A model generated the notes under the pieces. The model did no database searches. It was not told where the DNA came from and saw nothing but the letters and a program-made list of their open reading frames with translations. A stretch of 63,571 nt of DNA, the filler included, from Octopus bimaculoides (taxonomy: Eukaryota), in assembly GCF_001194135.2 (NCBI RefSeq). It is 5 parts of 4 records of this genome, joined end to end, with 100 filler letters (N's around TTAATTAATTAA, not from the genome) between each part and the next. Parts side by side here need not be neighbours in the genome. Positions count along the whole stretch, not along the records: positions 1 to 16,033 come from NC_068983.1; 4 more parts are not named here. The stretch is one strand, 5' to 3'. The translations under genes were made by a program, and so were the position numbers. This document shows positions 1 through 13,963 of the stretch, piece after piece. Positions within the stretch are counted from its first letter, which is position 1. Every line of letters begins with the position of its first letter.

Positions 1-164
1 TTTTTTTTGCTCTTCTCTTCTGTCTTTTGTTCTGTGTGTACCATGAATATCGCTATCAATTAGAGAACAATTTGTAGTTTTAGAATCAGTAGTTCTTTGG
101 CTGCTGTTTCTGAATTCTCAGTATGTTGGAGAAGCAGGTTTCTGCTAATCCCTATATATTTATG

Positions 165-170
<6 letters not shown>
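1..170 (+). repeat. Third, more diverged copy of the post-hammerhead segment of the 15.3-16.0 kb element
   Basis: Aligns by eye with 15885-16033 (...GAATCAGTAGTTCTTTG.CTGCT.TTTCT.AATTCTCAGTATGTTGGAGAAGCA...) and ends in (TA)n. Confidence 0.8.
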
Positions 171-200
<30 letters not shown>

Positions 201-969
201 ATAATTGTTCTGCTAAGGCAGTTAGAAAATCTTGACAATGCTGGTCAATTTTGTTGAATTGCAAATATACGTCAAAATTATCTACTTAAACTTGTGCACA
301 AATTAATCCGTTTAAACTAATAGACTACCAACGTAGTAGGTCAGTGTGTTGATTAAGTAGCCGTACAATATATATATATATATATGAGCATAATAATTAG
401 TTACAGTCGTATGGTACGTTACCTTATGCAAGCAATTGGAAATATATTGTCAGAGAAATATACTTGACAGGTCCGTTAACTGTACAGTGTGAGAATCTAT
501 GTGTCAATGGAAATTGTCTTTTGGGTTACTATATAAGCAGTGAGTTTGCTGAAAGGTTTGCCCACAAAACAGAATGTTTAGCGCCATTCTATCCTGCTTA
601 ACGATCTAAATCCATCTTGGTGATGATAAAACAAATACCAGTTGGGCAAGCTAGTCGACTAGCTTCCATCCCCGAAATTTCGGGCCTTGTGCATATAGGG
701 AAAAGGATTACTGTAGTATAACGCCATATTTTACGATTTACACTACTCTTAAAACGCTGAAAGTGACGCAGTTATTATCAATGATCAAAATGTGACAATA
801 GGCAACACACTTTAGAAGAACGCATGGAATGAAATACAACAGTGCCAAGTATATGGATATCACATTATAGCTCCTTAAATAAATTTGCTTCTATGATGTG
901 AATCATAATATAATGGTGAAAACCAAAAAAAATACAAATGACATTTTTGATAAAATACATGTATGTCTT

Positions 970-1404
970 AAGGCGGCGAGCTTGCAGAAATGTTAGCACG
1001 CCGGACGAAGAGCTTAGCGGTATTTCGTCTGCCGTTACGTTCTGAGGTCAAATTCCACCGAGATCGACTTTGCATTTCATCCTTTTGGAGTCGATAAATT
1101 AAGCACCAGTTACGCACTGACGTCGATGTAATCGATATAATCCCTTTGTCTATCCTTGTTTTTTCCCTCTATGTTCAGCACCTTGTGGGCAATAAAGAAA
1201 TAAGAAACGTTAGCACGCCGGGTGAAATTATTAGCGGTATTTCCTCTGTCTTTACGTTCTGAGCTTAAATTCCACCGAGGTTGACTTCATCTTTCATCCT
1301 TTCAGGGTCGATAAATTAATTACCAGTTGCGTACTGGGGTAGATCTAATCGACTCCCCCCCCAAAAAAAAAATTCGGGCGTTGTGCCTGGACTAGAAAAG
1401 AATA
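970..1404 (+). mobile_element. SINE family A, dimeric copy
   Basis: AAGGCGGCGAGC..GCAGAAA.GTTAGCACG head, GAGGTCAAATTCC B-box-like motif, tail AATAAAGAAATAAG at 1204, then a second monomer. Confidence 0.85.
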
Positions 1405-1881
1405 TATGTATTACTCTACATTGATTTCATATTTTTGCACTAAGCCAGCAAGCTCAGGGGAGGGTGTAAGTCGGTTTCATAGACGCCAGTACTCAATATG
1501 TACTTGTGTAATTAACCCCGAAACGATGAATGGCAAATTAAGCTTCTGAATTTTTTATATGTCAGAACCTGAATGAGACAAAACGCTGCTAATTATTTTG
1601 ACCGAAGGTGCCGACGATTCTATCATCTCGTCGTCTCAATATTGCCCTATATTAGAAAATACATGTTTGTTAAACGTTTAGATGGAGTACTTCAAATATA
1701 AACTTCCATGAAATGAGATGTTTCACTAATTATATACAAAAAAAAACAAAAAATTCACAAAGTTTTCTTAACGTAACGTTTATTGTATTCGAAACACGAA
1801 AGATTAAATTTGTGCTTGGCGCATCTGAAAATAATGATAATTGTCTTCTTAATTTGCATATTTAATTTTAAATGTATCTAT

Positions 1882-1912
<31 letters not shown>

Positions 1913-2069
1913 NNNNNNNNNNNNNNNNNNNNNNNNNNNNNNNNNNNNNNNNNNNNNNNNNNNNNNNNNNNNNNNNNNNNNNNNNNNNNNNNNNNNNNNN
2001 NNNNNNNNNNNNNNNNNNNNNNNNNNNNNNNNNNNNNNNNNNNNNNNNNNNNNNNNNNNNNNNNNNNNN

Positions 2070-2110
<41 letters not shown>

Positions 2111-3386
2111 ATGTATGTATGTATGTATGTAAGAGTGTGTGTTTGTGAGAGAGAGATTGAGAGATAAATAGATTGATAGACATAATATGGATAAGTATGT
2201 GCATGGGTGTATACGCATTTTTACATATATGCCTGTTGCATCAAGTACGTAGTACTATGGAGACGATGAATAAGTTAATACATATTTCTTCTCCGAAAAA
2301 AGTTTTAATATATATTGAATGGTATTGTTAATCTTACAGCTTGTACCGCATAACCTTTTTTTCATAGTGCATAATACTCATCTCTGGTTGTATCGGTTTA
2401 CTGATACATTACTAAACATTTATACACGTATATACATGTGTGTGCGTGTGTGATTGTTTATCTATATCTATCTATCTATCTATATATATNNNNNNNNNNA
2501 TAGATATGTAGACATATGTAGAATGATCAGTTTCATATAATATGTATCTATATACGTTAACGTTGTTCTTTATTTACCTATCATTCATCAGTAATACGTT
2601 AAAAGTTTTCCAATATTTTTGTTTGGTTCCTTCATTACAAAGTATATTACTATTATATAGGTAAACTAAATATATGTTCTTTCGAAAATCTTTTTAGATA
2701 TCCGCATCATATCGATGTTATAAAGGACAATATGATTTATTTCATTTATGCATTTCTTCTTATTGTAGTATTTCTGTCTTTATTCATTTTGTTATTGTTT
2801 GTTACTCTTGCTTCTGCTGTTCTCATCTCTGTTATCTTCTCTGTAAACAACGTGTCGTGTTTACGTCCCGCATATTTCGCAACACATCTACGGTATATAT
2901 ATATATTTATGATCCTGAGTGGCATGTTTCCGAAGTGTGCGATTGAGAAACGCATTTCTTGTCCCTCTTGCTATAAACAAAATATGCACATGAAATACAT
3001 CGCGTCCTTCTTCATATGCACATAGCATGCACATGAAATACATCACGGGTCCATCATTAAACCGAAAGAAATTGAATGTTTAGCAAGATATTGTTGTTAC
3101 TCGCACATGTGATAAATATATACAACCTTTCAATACTTTCATAGAAAACTGTAATACTTTCACCGATAGTAGTTTCATATCAATGATGGCAAGTCATCAC
3201 TACATGGAATTTGATATCTACGAAAACCACATTGATGACGTCACAAAAGTTGAAGCTACTGAGATCATGATTACAACAATCATAACTGCAAAGTATCGTA
3301 AAATAGAAAATCGTAGAATTTTCTCAGTCGTACTATCGACAAATCATGCAAAAAGAGAGGTTACAACAAATTAGCTTAGCTGAAAT

Positions 3387-3612
3387 AGGGCGGCGAGCTG
3401 GCAGAAACGTTAGCACGCTGAGCGATATGCTTATCGATATTCCATCTGCCGATACGTTCTGAGTTCAAATTACGCCGAGGCCGAATTGGCCTTACGGGGT
3501 CGATAAATTAAGTACCAACTACGCACTGGGGTCGATGTAATCGACTTCATCCGTTTGTCTGTCCTTGTTTGTTCCCTCTATGTTTAGCCCCTTGTGGGCA
3601 ATAAAGAAATAG
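3387..3612 (+). mobile_element. SINE family A monomer
   Basis: Full match to 970-1204. Confidence 0.85.
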
Positions 3613-6199
3613 TGCCACCACTATTTTATCCAGTAAGATAAGCTGAGCTATCAGCAATTTTGGCAGGCACGATTATTCCAATAGCAACATCAGCATAAAT
3701 CATACTGTGTGCCCAAGATAATTTGACGTGGCGGAAGAATAAGTTTTAGAACATTATCATCACAATAGGAAAACAACAATATAGTAACCCCAAAAGTACG
3801 TCAACTTGAATATATACCAGACCAATTCTTCCTATGTTGACCAATGCGACCCGCTGCAGGATTGAGTATGATAAATCGAAGTGAGTACAAATTGAGTTGT
3901 CCCTCAAGGATGGGGGAGATGGAACGAGGAGTGTTAGCAGAGAGGCATAACGCCTCGGTTGCGTGGGAATAAATATCCGTATTGCAATTCACCTACCGGC
4001 ATTTCTCTTTGCTGAAGTTGCCGTTAACAAATTTACAACCACATATTAATAATTCTCAAGGCTATCGTTATGAATGTGGGTGTTAAGAGATCTGTTAGCA
4101 GATGCTGATCGATATATATGTGCGACTGCATTACATGGAATCAAAGATTAATAAACTATGAAACAATTTATGCATTTCGTTTATTCACCTAAGTGTTTAC
4201 TAAGCGAAAAACTAATAAACAGAATTCGTTGTAGAACCGATATCCGACTGAAATTGCAGCAGAAATAACATCAATAACATCCACATTTGAGCTAATATGA
4301 ATATGCTGTTAATTCAAAGTAATAACAGAAACGACATTGAAAATACAGACAAAGAAAAACTCACAGTTTTGCCATTCATAAATATGGATAACAATGTATA
4401 TAGTAATGCAGACTCACATATATATCTAAGCGCTTTCACTCCATCAAGTAATAACCATGAGAGGAGGTGGACAGAAAATGTATAAGAGTTTGTTGGGTCT
4501 ACAATTTGCAGATAAACACGGGAAAGTTCCATACTGAGAAGAGGTTGTTCGTTTAACAAGGGTTACTGAAATAGACGCATCATTAAACAATTCAGCCAAA
4601 ATTTTTTCTCCACTGAAGGAAATGACTAGGCAGAGATAGCTTATATGTGTTATGAACGTGCGCTGCTTAAAGACAGATTCAATTTCGGAGAGACACGGAA
4701 GATCGTCGATGCAGAGAATTGCGGGAACGATCAAGGATTTCTGCATTTTCGATCACTGAAGTGTATTATTACCAAATCCTTAGACAAGATCTGAATTTTT
4801 TGATATTGGAGACACTGGATACTACTTTCACTGGCATTGCGAAAAGACACCGAGCGTACATTGATATATGTATCCCATCTGCATTTCTATGACATTATAT
4901 TCTAAAATCATATATATCGATCTGTCTATACTATGCGTACTTAAGTGAATACATACATAATAAATGAAAGCATATACAGAGCCACAGGCGCCATGGTTTG
5001 GTAAGAAGCATGTTTCTCATTCTCATGGTTCAGGTTTGGGTTATTTTATACAAGTACATTAAAAGATAGATTGAACAGGCTTTAATCTAAATCACAATAG
5101 TTTCTGTGCAATGGTATAAGCTGTTAATTGCTGAGTGTTTCATTCATTATTCATATTATTATATAAATCTTACATAAATATGATACAAGGAATAGCTGTC
5201 TGCACGCATGTCATCAGGTGAGTGGCTCTGAGAGACCTGCTGGTTCAGCTATGGTTCTCATTTTTATATATGTAAAGCAATAGAAAAGTAGATGTGAACC
5301 AGCAATGCTTTGAAAGACACACATCTGACGAGGCGAATGTACACAGCTAGATTATGTGTGCATCTAAGTGTGTGCATCTAAGCGCACGCCCATATGTAAA
5401 TATATAAGTTAGAACATATATGCGTTTGTATATATCTACATGTGTATATAGACACATATGTGTATATCAACACATATCTCAATATCTGTGTCTAACTATA
5501 TACGTACGCATTCATACATCTGTTAATATAGGCACATATTTGTCGCGTGTGTCTACTGAGGTGTTGAAGTTACGGGTACTTCGTTTGTTTGTGCATCATA
5601 TGTGTGCATGTATGTGCATGACACTGTTATGAGTGATGGTGTGTCTACTGATTAGATTATACACGAATATATATGATATTATTTGAAACAATTTCAGACG
5701 TACAAAGTCAGAGCGGAAGGATAGGAGCGCTTGGCGAATCATGAGTAAATATTATTAATTATTGTGATATAAATAACAAACACAAATAGTTTTATTAATG
5801 TTGTCTATGCTATCGTTGATTTTCCTTTTAATATTATTGTATTTATTTCGGTTTCTAACGCTTTTAATTTTTTATGGCAAACTAGACATTCCTAATCGAT
5901 GAATGTATTTTGCCAAACCATGATTCCATTGATGAATTTAGATTTAATCTTTTAAAAGAAAGTAATGAATGTAGGCAAACAGACAAATAACTCGGTAGAA
6001 AATTGTGCCAAAGATAAATATACATCATTTCTTTTGTCCTATTATCCACTGTTTTAATCTTATTCTTAATATGAAAGTAATAATCACATAGCACACAGTC
6101 TATATTGAGAGTACTCAGATAATATGTGTAAGAATATGTATATATATACAAATACGCAAACAGATATGCACAAAGAGCTTGTATATTTATATATATATA

Positions 6200-6513
6200 T
6201 ACGAGAGGTGTATGAAAAGTTTTAAGCCTAACCGAGAAATGGGGCTGCTTGGTAGCTGAAACAATTTTTTCTGGTAAGTACAGTCTTTTCGGAGTAATCT
6301 TGCTCAATTTTATGATTCTGATATTTTAATTTTTGATTTCTTTTTTTGCAGATTTTTGAAAAAACAAGTGTCAAGGTTACAAAGAAAATAGAGAAAACTG
6401 AGTATCGTGCTGTCATAAAGTACCTTCATTTGAAAGGCATGACTCCCTCAGAAATCCATGAAGATATGGTGAGAACCTTAACAGACAATGCTCCTTGATA
6501 TGCAACAGTCAGG
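6200..6513 (+). mobile_element. 5' fragment of a mariner element (TIR plus N-terminal HTH pseudogene)
   Basis: TA-CGAGAGGTGTATGAAAAGTTTTAAGCC terminus; 6388-6513 translates EKTEYRAVIKYLHLKGMTPSEIHEDMVRTLTDNAP*YATV. Confidence 0.85.
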
Positions 6514-6548
6514 GAATGTGTCACACTGCCGTTCATCTTGGCTGTGTA

Positions 6549-6790
6549 TAGTTTCTTCTTTCTTTACTGCCCACAAGGGGCTAAACATAGAGGGGACAAA
6601 CAAGGACGGACAAAGGTATTAAGTCGATTATATCGACCCCAGTGGGTAACTGGTACTTATTTAATCGATCCCGAAATGATGAAAGGCAAAGTCGACCTTG
6701 GCGGAATTTGAACTCAGAAGTTGGCGGAATAAAAAACACTGATAAGCATTTCGCCCATCATACTAAAGTTTCTGCTAGCTGGCCGTTGTG
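6549..6790 (-). mobile_element. SINE family A monomer, next to the end of the mariner fragment
   Basis: Reverse complement of family A including tail. Confidence 0.85.
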
Positions 6791-8173
6791 TATAGTTTCT
6801 GCTAAGTTAAATTTTCAGGGATAGGTGAAGATCTATTGAACGATAATTAGGTTGTGCGGTATGTTGCTATGGAAACACTTTTTATCAAATTTGCGATTAT
6901 GTTATTGTTATATTTGTGACTGCGTTGTTGTTCAGAATTTATTCATGCATGTGAATCATATTTGTCGCGTGTGTCTATTGAGGTGTTGAAGTTACGGGTC
7001 ACACGTTTGACTTTTAGTTGTTCATGCATGAATGTAGTTAGGTGGAGGTGCTTTTGGTTTTATTTGGATACTAATGGTAGATATGATCTTTTGTGTTGGA
7101 AATGTGGAGATTTATGTTCAGAATTGAGTCTAGCATTTAAGATTGGGTTCTTTATTAATATATAGCAGTTGTTACCTCACCGAGATTTTACAGGTTCAGA
7201 AAAGTATATACGTAGGTAGTAAGTTTAGTGGGTTAGCAGATTCTTTTCTTTTATTTGTTTTATGAAGGTGGAGGTTATCAGGGAAGGATATCATGTTATT
7301 GGTAAAGAAATTTGTTTATCTTATGCTTTAATGTTCAGAAAAGTATGAAGGTAGGTGCAAAGTCTGTCTGGAGTCAAATTTTCTACGAGTTATTTAAAAA
7401 TTTTAACATTTAGGGAGATGGAGTTTTATGGGTATAGTTTGCTATAACAGCTAGGGTGAAAGAATTAGTAATGTTATTGTTTTTATGTTTAGACGTGAAT
7501 TCAAACTACTGCATGGGTATATGGAGGGTTTAGAATTTTTGTCAGGAAAAGATTGATTCAGAGTTTATGTTCAGAATTTGAATACTTACATTCCTTTGCC
7601 AACCATTATAACTCCAGGAAGAGAAAGCTTATGCGCGTTACGTAGCACACCTTATTACAAAAGTATGCATGCTGAACAGAATTGTGAAGTATAAGCTTCA
7701 CATCTATAAGGTAAAGGTTTTACGAGCCATTAGTATCTCTCGAGTTTGACGCCTCTGATTTCATACACACACAAACACACACACATACACACACGCTCAC
7801 ATAATAATATAGATTTACTCAAAAGATTAAATGTGGTACTTAAAATGTTTGAGGCACCAGAATTTGGTAGGGTAAAAACTAAAAACACAATCAAGAGATT
7901 TGGTGAATAAAATTTGAAGTTAAGCAACAAAGATTCAATAGGTTATAGCAGTACCTACGTTTCGTACAAGCTCCATTTATTCATGCTCACATATATGAAT
8001 ATTTCAGTTCCATTCACTGGAACCAAGAACTTTCGACAAAATTATCACTTTCCAAAACTCTAATCCCATTTCCCACCACTACCTGGTCATGGGTATTTTA
8101 TTAAGTTATGTTCCCCCTTTTCTATTTTTCTCCAGATCTATGCAATATTATACAATAAATTCTCTCTCTCTAT

Positions 8174-8209
<36 letters not shown>

Positions 8210-9381
8210 CGAGTATATATATATATATATANNNNNNNNNNNNNNNNNNNNNNNNNNNNNNNNNNNNNNNNNNNNNNNNNNNNNNNNNNNNNNNNNNNNN
8301 NNNNNNNNNNNNNNNNNNNNNNNNNNNNNNNNNNNNNNNNNNNNNNNNNNNNNNNNNNNNNNNNNNNNNNNNNNNNNNNNNNNNNNNNNNNNNNNNNNNN
8401 NNNNNNNNNNNNNNNNNNNNNNNNNNNNNNNNNNNNNNNNNNNNNNNNNNNNNNNNNNNNNNNNNNNNNNNNNNNNNNNNNNNNNNNNNNNNNNNNNNNN
8501 NNNNNNNNNNNNNNNNNNNNNNNNNNNNNNNNNNNNNNNNNNNNNNNNNNNNNNNNNNNNNNNNNNNNNNNNNNNNNNNNNNNNNNNNNNNNNNNNNNNN
8601 NNNNNNNNNNNNNNNNNNNNNNNNNNNNNNNNNNNNNNNNNNNNNNNNNNNNNNNNNNNNNNNNNNNNNNNNNNNNNNNNNNNNNNNNNNNNNNNNNNNN
8701 NNNNNNNNNNNNNNNNNNNNNNNNNNNNNNNNNNNNNNNNNNNNNNNNNNNNNNNNNNNNNNNNNNNNNNNNNNNNNNNNNNNNNNNNNNNNNNNNNNNN
8801 NNNNNNNNNNNNNNNNNNNNNNNNNNNNNATATATATATATATATATAGACATATAATAAAAATTGAAAAATACTTAATCTTCAGTCCTTTGTAATTGTA
8901 TGTATTAAACTTGCACATTCCGTGATCAACACAGCATATAATTAACTTTCGTTAAATTAATGGTTGCATTCGGTTTGCATTAATGGTCTGAATAGCTGCT
9001 TGCATTATAGACGTTTTTTGTTTCCTTTATAGTTTAGGAGCCTGTAAAGTTAATTAACTTAATAGGTCACTTAACTATTTTATAATGACAATATTTTTTT
9101 CTAATCTCACACGGGGTTGACGGAAACAGAATAATGCCCTTCTTAATACTTTAGTTAATTTATCTAACGTTAACGAGGCAAGATGTGAAGCAAGTATAGA
9201 GATGCTTTTGTTGCAACAATTATCAACAAAATAACCGTCACGAGCAAAACTGATATAGTCCTGGAATTTAAGAGTATTTTTGACATTGCAGTTCCACACC
9301 TACTATAAGTCTCAGCTGTTTTTTCACAACCTACTTATACATGTAGTATGTATTTCATTGTAGAATATCATCCCACATTGA

Positions 9382-9814
9382 AAGGCGCCAAGCTGACAGA
9401 AACTGTAACACGCCGGGCGAAACACTTAGTATTTCGTCTGTTTTTATCTGCTGAGTTCAAATTCCGCCGAGGTCGACAGTGCCCTTCACCCTTTCAGGGT
9501 CGATTAAATACGTACTAGTTACGCACTGGGGTCGATTTAATCGACTTAATCTCTTTGTCTGTCCTTGTTTGTCTCCTCTATGTTTAGCCCTCTGTGGGCA
9601 GTAAATATATAAGAAACATTTGCACGTCGGGCGAAACGCTTAGCGGTATTTCTTCTGTCTTTGTGCTCTGAGTTCAAATTCCGTCGAGGTCGATTTTGCC
9701 TTTCATCCTTTCGGAGTCGATAACATTAAGTACTAGTTGCGTACTGGATTCGATCTAATTAACTACCCTCCTCCTCCAAAATTTCGGGCCTTGTGCCTGG
9801 AGAAGAAAAGAATA
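9382..9814 (+). mobile_element. SINE family A, dimeric copy
   Basis: Same two-monomer layout as 970-1404. Confidence 0.85.
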
Positions 9815-12639
9815 ATATCCCGCTCTGAAATTGCCTGGATAATATCGTTGAGATTTTCGGTTCTACATGAAGCTTAATCAACAAATTCATAGTTCCCATT
9901 ACTCTGTAAATAGGATATAACTGATTTTCCAGTTTCTCTGGCGTATATGTATTCCTCCCTAGACGATACGCCGGTGCATCGCAAATACATGATATAAAAT
10001 ATATGAGGAAATACATTCAAAAACTTGAAGATATATTCTTCCACAAATACAGTTACTGCAGTATATTTAAAGATAGTAATTTTACTCAAGTAAACGATGC
10101 TAGTCTTCTTTTGCATTAAAACTGGTTGTTTAAATTAAAGAATTTAAATAACTTCAGCGAAATTCATCAGAGACTCGGAAATAATTTCATATATTTGTTT
10201 TCAATACTTACACACGGATTCCACATTCTGTGGCAGTTAGGTATTTGTCATCCATTTGTAGTCAACAAATTAATGTAACAATCGAGTGTGGGCAAAGTCA
10301 TCGACAAATTCTCACCAACAAAATGTTAGTCCTTACAAACAAGCAAGGGGTTAATTATGAATCTAAAATACATTTTCTCACCATATGCCTGCCACCAAAC
10401 ATTGCAGTGTTTAGTTATTAATATTACCCTCAAATCATCAAGGCGGCCAGCTCGCAGAATTGTTAGAGTGCCGGTCTGAATACTAAGCGTTATTTCATCA
10501 GTTTTTGTGTTCTCAGTTCAAATTCTACCGAGGTTGATTTACCTTTTATCATTTCGGTATAATTAAAATAATTTCCAGTCAACCTAATTGATACACCTCA
10601 TATACATAATTGCTGTCCTCGTGTCAAAATTTGAAATAAGTATTATCCTGAAAAATTTTTTTTAATTGAAGTGCTGCCATGTTTAGCTTTTGCATTTCAT
10701 ATCCTAACACATGCACCTGTTTAATTCTTTTCTTTATTGTAAGTTATGGTAACCTATCACAATGCAAAGCTTAACCTGGTGTATCTGACAATACATATTA
10801 CAGTGTAAACTGGTTATTGAAATGCTACGTTAGGAAAACGAATATCAAATCAATGTTAGTTATAAAATGGGCACCTGGTGAGTCAAACAACTGCATTATT
10901 CGGATTCGAATGTTTCTGATATCTTTTTATTTTATGTCGTTACTCTTTCAGGAATCATTAAGCTATTACGTTAAAATTCACACAATATTTATGAATACTG
11001 CGTCATTTACTGTGATTGAAATTCAAAGTATTTAATTTTGAAAATACTTTTGTAATTCGTACTTACTGATGATATTATAGTGATTGACAGTTATTCGTCG
11101 TATATTTTCCTATATTTACTGGACATTTGTAAGTGGAAACTCACCATGTTTGTATAAGAAAAATAACTGTAGCTTAGTTTTGGAAGGAGAGGAACATGTA
11201 TTACTGACAGTAATTATGCATCAGTCAGTGAAAGAATTAGAATGAAGTTCAATTCGAATTTACCGGAATCGAATCTAGTGTTGTATTTAATCTGTTTAAT
11301 GTTAGCTATTGTATATGATGCATCTGTTGTATATGATTGGATAACATTATATCGTATTGGTAGATCTCAGCTAATGTACATTCTATGTAGTGATCTACTT
11401 TGTATCAATCAAACTCCCCTTTTGATTTTTTTTCTTTAAACTGCTTCATTATCGTTGTTGTGAAGACTTAATATTGTGCGTGATATTCACAAAAATAATG
11501 CTTATTTCATTTCACTTCTATAAGCACATTTAATTTTTGTTACAAATTAAATTTCCCTTAAATTGCAATTCTAAAGTGTAAAACATGAACATTACAGGAA
11601 ACATATAAAAGTGCATCACGTGACTACACGACAGAAAAACAGCAATTTTAAATGCTTATATTATGCTACACTTGAATCTACTTTTAAAAAAATCTATAAA
11701 AATAGTCTGTGTCACGAAATAAATGAGAATTCATATTTTATACACTGAATTTTTGTTCTTATGGTGTATACAGCTGACACACAAAATCGGGGCTTTTTAA
11801 GTTATTAGGACATGTATATTTTGCTGACGAATTGATAGCATTTAGTGTAAGGCATTAATATTACTTAAAGAAAAGCGAGATACGAAGAAAGCGGAAGGTG
11901 AAGTCATATGCTAGAATAACGTATTTTGTTTATTAAACATTATATTTAAACACCATATTAAATATAATATTTGAACACATCAGAAATTTCATTTGAAGTG
12001 AACGATGAGTAAATACACCAGCTGCCTACAAGCCTAAAAGCAGCAAAAATATAGCAAAAAAACTGTTAATCGGAGTTTCACGTTCCCGTTCATCGGACAG
12101 TTTTGTTAGAAATGAGCGAGAAATGACGATGTAATCTCCTGTATATATATATATATATATATATANNNNNNNNNNNNNNNNNNNNNNNNNNNNNNNNNNN
12201 NNNNNNNNNNNNNNNNNNNNNNNNNNNNNNNNNNNNNNNNNNNNNNNNNNNNNNNNNNNNNNNNNNNNNNNNNNNNNNNNNNNNNNNNNNNNNNNNNNNN
12301 NNNNNNNNNNNNNNNNNNNNNNNNNNNNNNNNNNNNNNNNNNNNNNNNNNNNNNNNNNNNNNNNNNNNNNNNNNNNNNNNNNNNNNNNNNNNNNNNNNNN
12401 NNNNNNNNNNNNNNNNNNNNNNNNNNNNNNNNNNNNNNNNNNNNNNNNNNNNNNNNNNNNNNNNNNNNNNNNNNNNNNNNNNNNNNNNNNNNNNNNNNNN
12501 NNNNNNNNNNNNNNNNNNNNNNNNNNNNNNNNNNNNNNNNNNNNNNNNNNNNNNNNNNNNNNNNNNNNNNNNNNNNNNNNNNNNNNNNNNNNNNNNNNNN
12601 NNNNNNNNNNNTATATATAAAATACATGCATGCACATAC

Positions 12640-12685
12640 ACTCACACGCACGCACGCACGCACACACACACACACATACACACAC

Positions 12686-12742
<57 letters not shown>

Positions 12743-12745
12743 CAT
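12640..12745. repeat. (CA)n microsatellite; similar simple repeats at 13850-13960, 51213-51270 (ATT)n, 60560-60615 (TG)n, 31903-31937 (AAAAT)n and at most gap edges
   Basis: Directly visible; explains the HTHT/CVCV/YIYI ORFs. Confidence 0.95.
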
Positions 12746-13405
12746 ATATATTGGAGACTTCCAACTCACGAACATTCTACATATAATTGCCCATGAGAGA
12801 CTATGCAGATTCCAATCATATATCATTTTGGGAAAAAACAATTGGCGTTTATTTGGGAGAACTATTCCTCACTGGGAGTTTTTCGCAACAAGTCGTGCAT
12901 ATTTGTTTCGGTTTCTCCGTTTTGTGCGTATGTTCCTCCATATATAACCCTTACCCCAAGTCGTAAAATTTCGGGAGAAAATTAGAAAGTTAAGTGGTGT
13001 ATTAAAAAGTCTAAAAGTAGACTTTTTTTTTGCATATTCAGAATCTCGGTTGGAGACAAGGTCGGAATCCGTAGAAAAAAAAAGTACAAAGAGGTGTGCA
13101 TGCTTATTCTCAGTCTCCTCCCACACACGAACACACACATATATACATATAACGAAAAAAGTTAAAACGGGTAATTATTCCATTCAATATCATATTTATT
13201 GTAGAGTTTACGCAACAAATTATACTTTACATTGCTATATATAACCGTGCGTGTACATTCCTTAATTTTGCTTCTGGTGTTTTCTGCCTTTCTATTAGAA
13301 CCGTTTACCTAACTATATTCGTAGCAAATGTCATTAAAAAAAAATATCCATTTTTCGGTAAGTTATGATCATCCAAAGTCTGGAGTTATGCCCTGAGATG
13401 TGTGT

Positions 13406-13778
13406 GCTGGTACTCCGTCGCTTACGACATCGAGGTTTCCAGTTGATCCGATCAATGGAACAGCCTGCTCGTGAAATTAACGTGCAAGTGGCTGAGCACT
13501 CCACTGACACGTGTAGCCTTAACGTAGTTCTTAGGGATATTCAGCGTGACACAGTGTGACAAGGCTGACCCTTTGAATTACAGACACAACAGGAAGTAAG
13601 AGTGAGAGAAAGTTGTGGTGAAAGAGTACAGCAGGGTTCGCCACCATCCCTTGCCGGAGCCTCGTGGAGGTTTAGGTGTTTTCGCTCAATAAACACTCAG
13701 AACGCTCGGTCTGGGAATCGAATCTACGATCCTATGACCGCGAGTCCGCTGCCCTAACTACTGGGCCATTGCGCCTCC
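13406..13778 (-). mobile_element. SINE family B
   Basis: Reverse complement of 27185-27567. Confidence 0.9.
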
Positions 13779-13886
13779 ACTGCTCTGTTGAGAACTGATC
13801 AATTAAATAATATCTCCCTATGATTTTTTCCTCTCTCTCTCTCACTCTCACGCACACATACACACACATACACAAACACACACACA

Positions 13887-13963
<77 letters not shown>

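Noticed and set aside
1783-2218. Long ORFs with X runs or YIYI/CVCV/HTHT peptides (also 8089, 12026, 51159, 55330, 57032, 62169)
   Set aside because: Products of N gaps and microsatellites.
4630-4795. Open frame AEIAYMCYERALLKDRFNFGETRK..., vaguely TPR-like; also a 60-bp candidate exon at 3821-3880
   Set aside because: Weak splice sites, no recognisable homology, flanking stops.
7945-8015. Minus-strand CTGAAATA...CGAAACGTAGGTA, hammerhead-like
   Set aside because: Core G8 missing and stem II not convincing.
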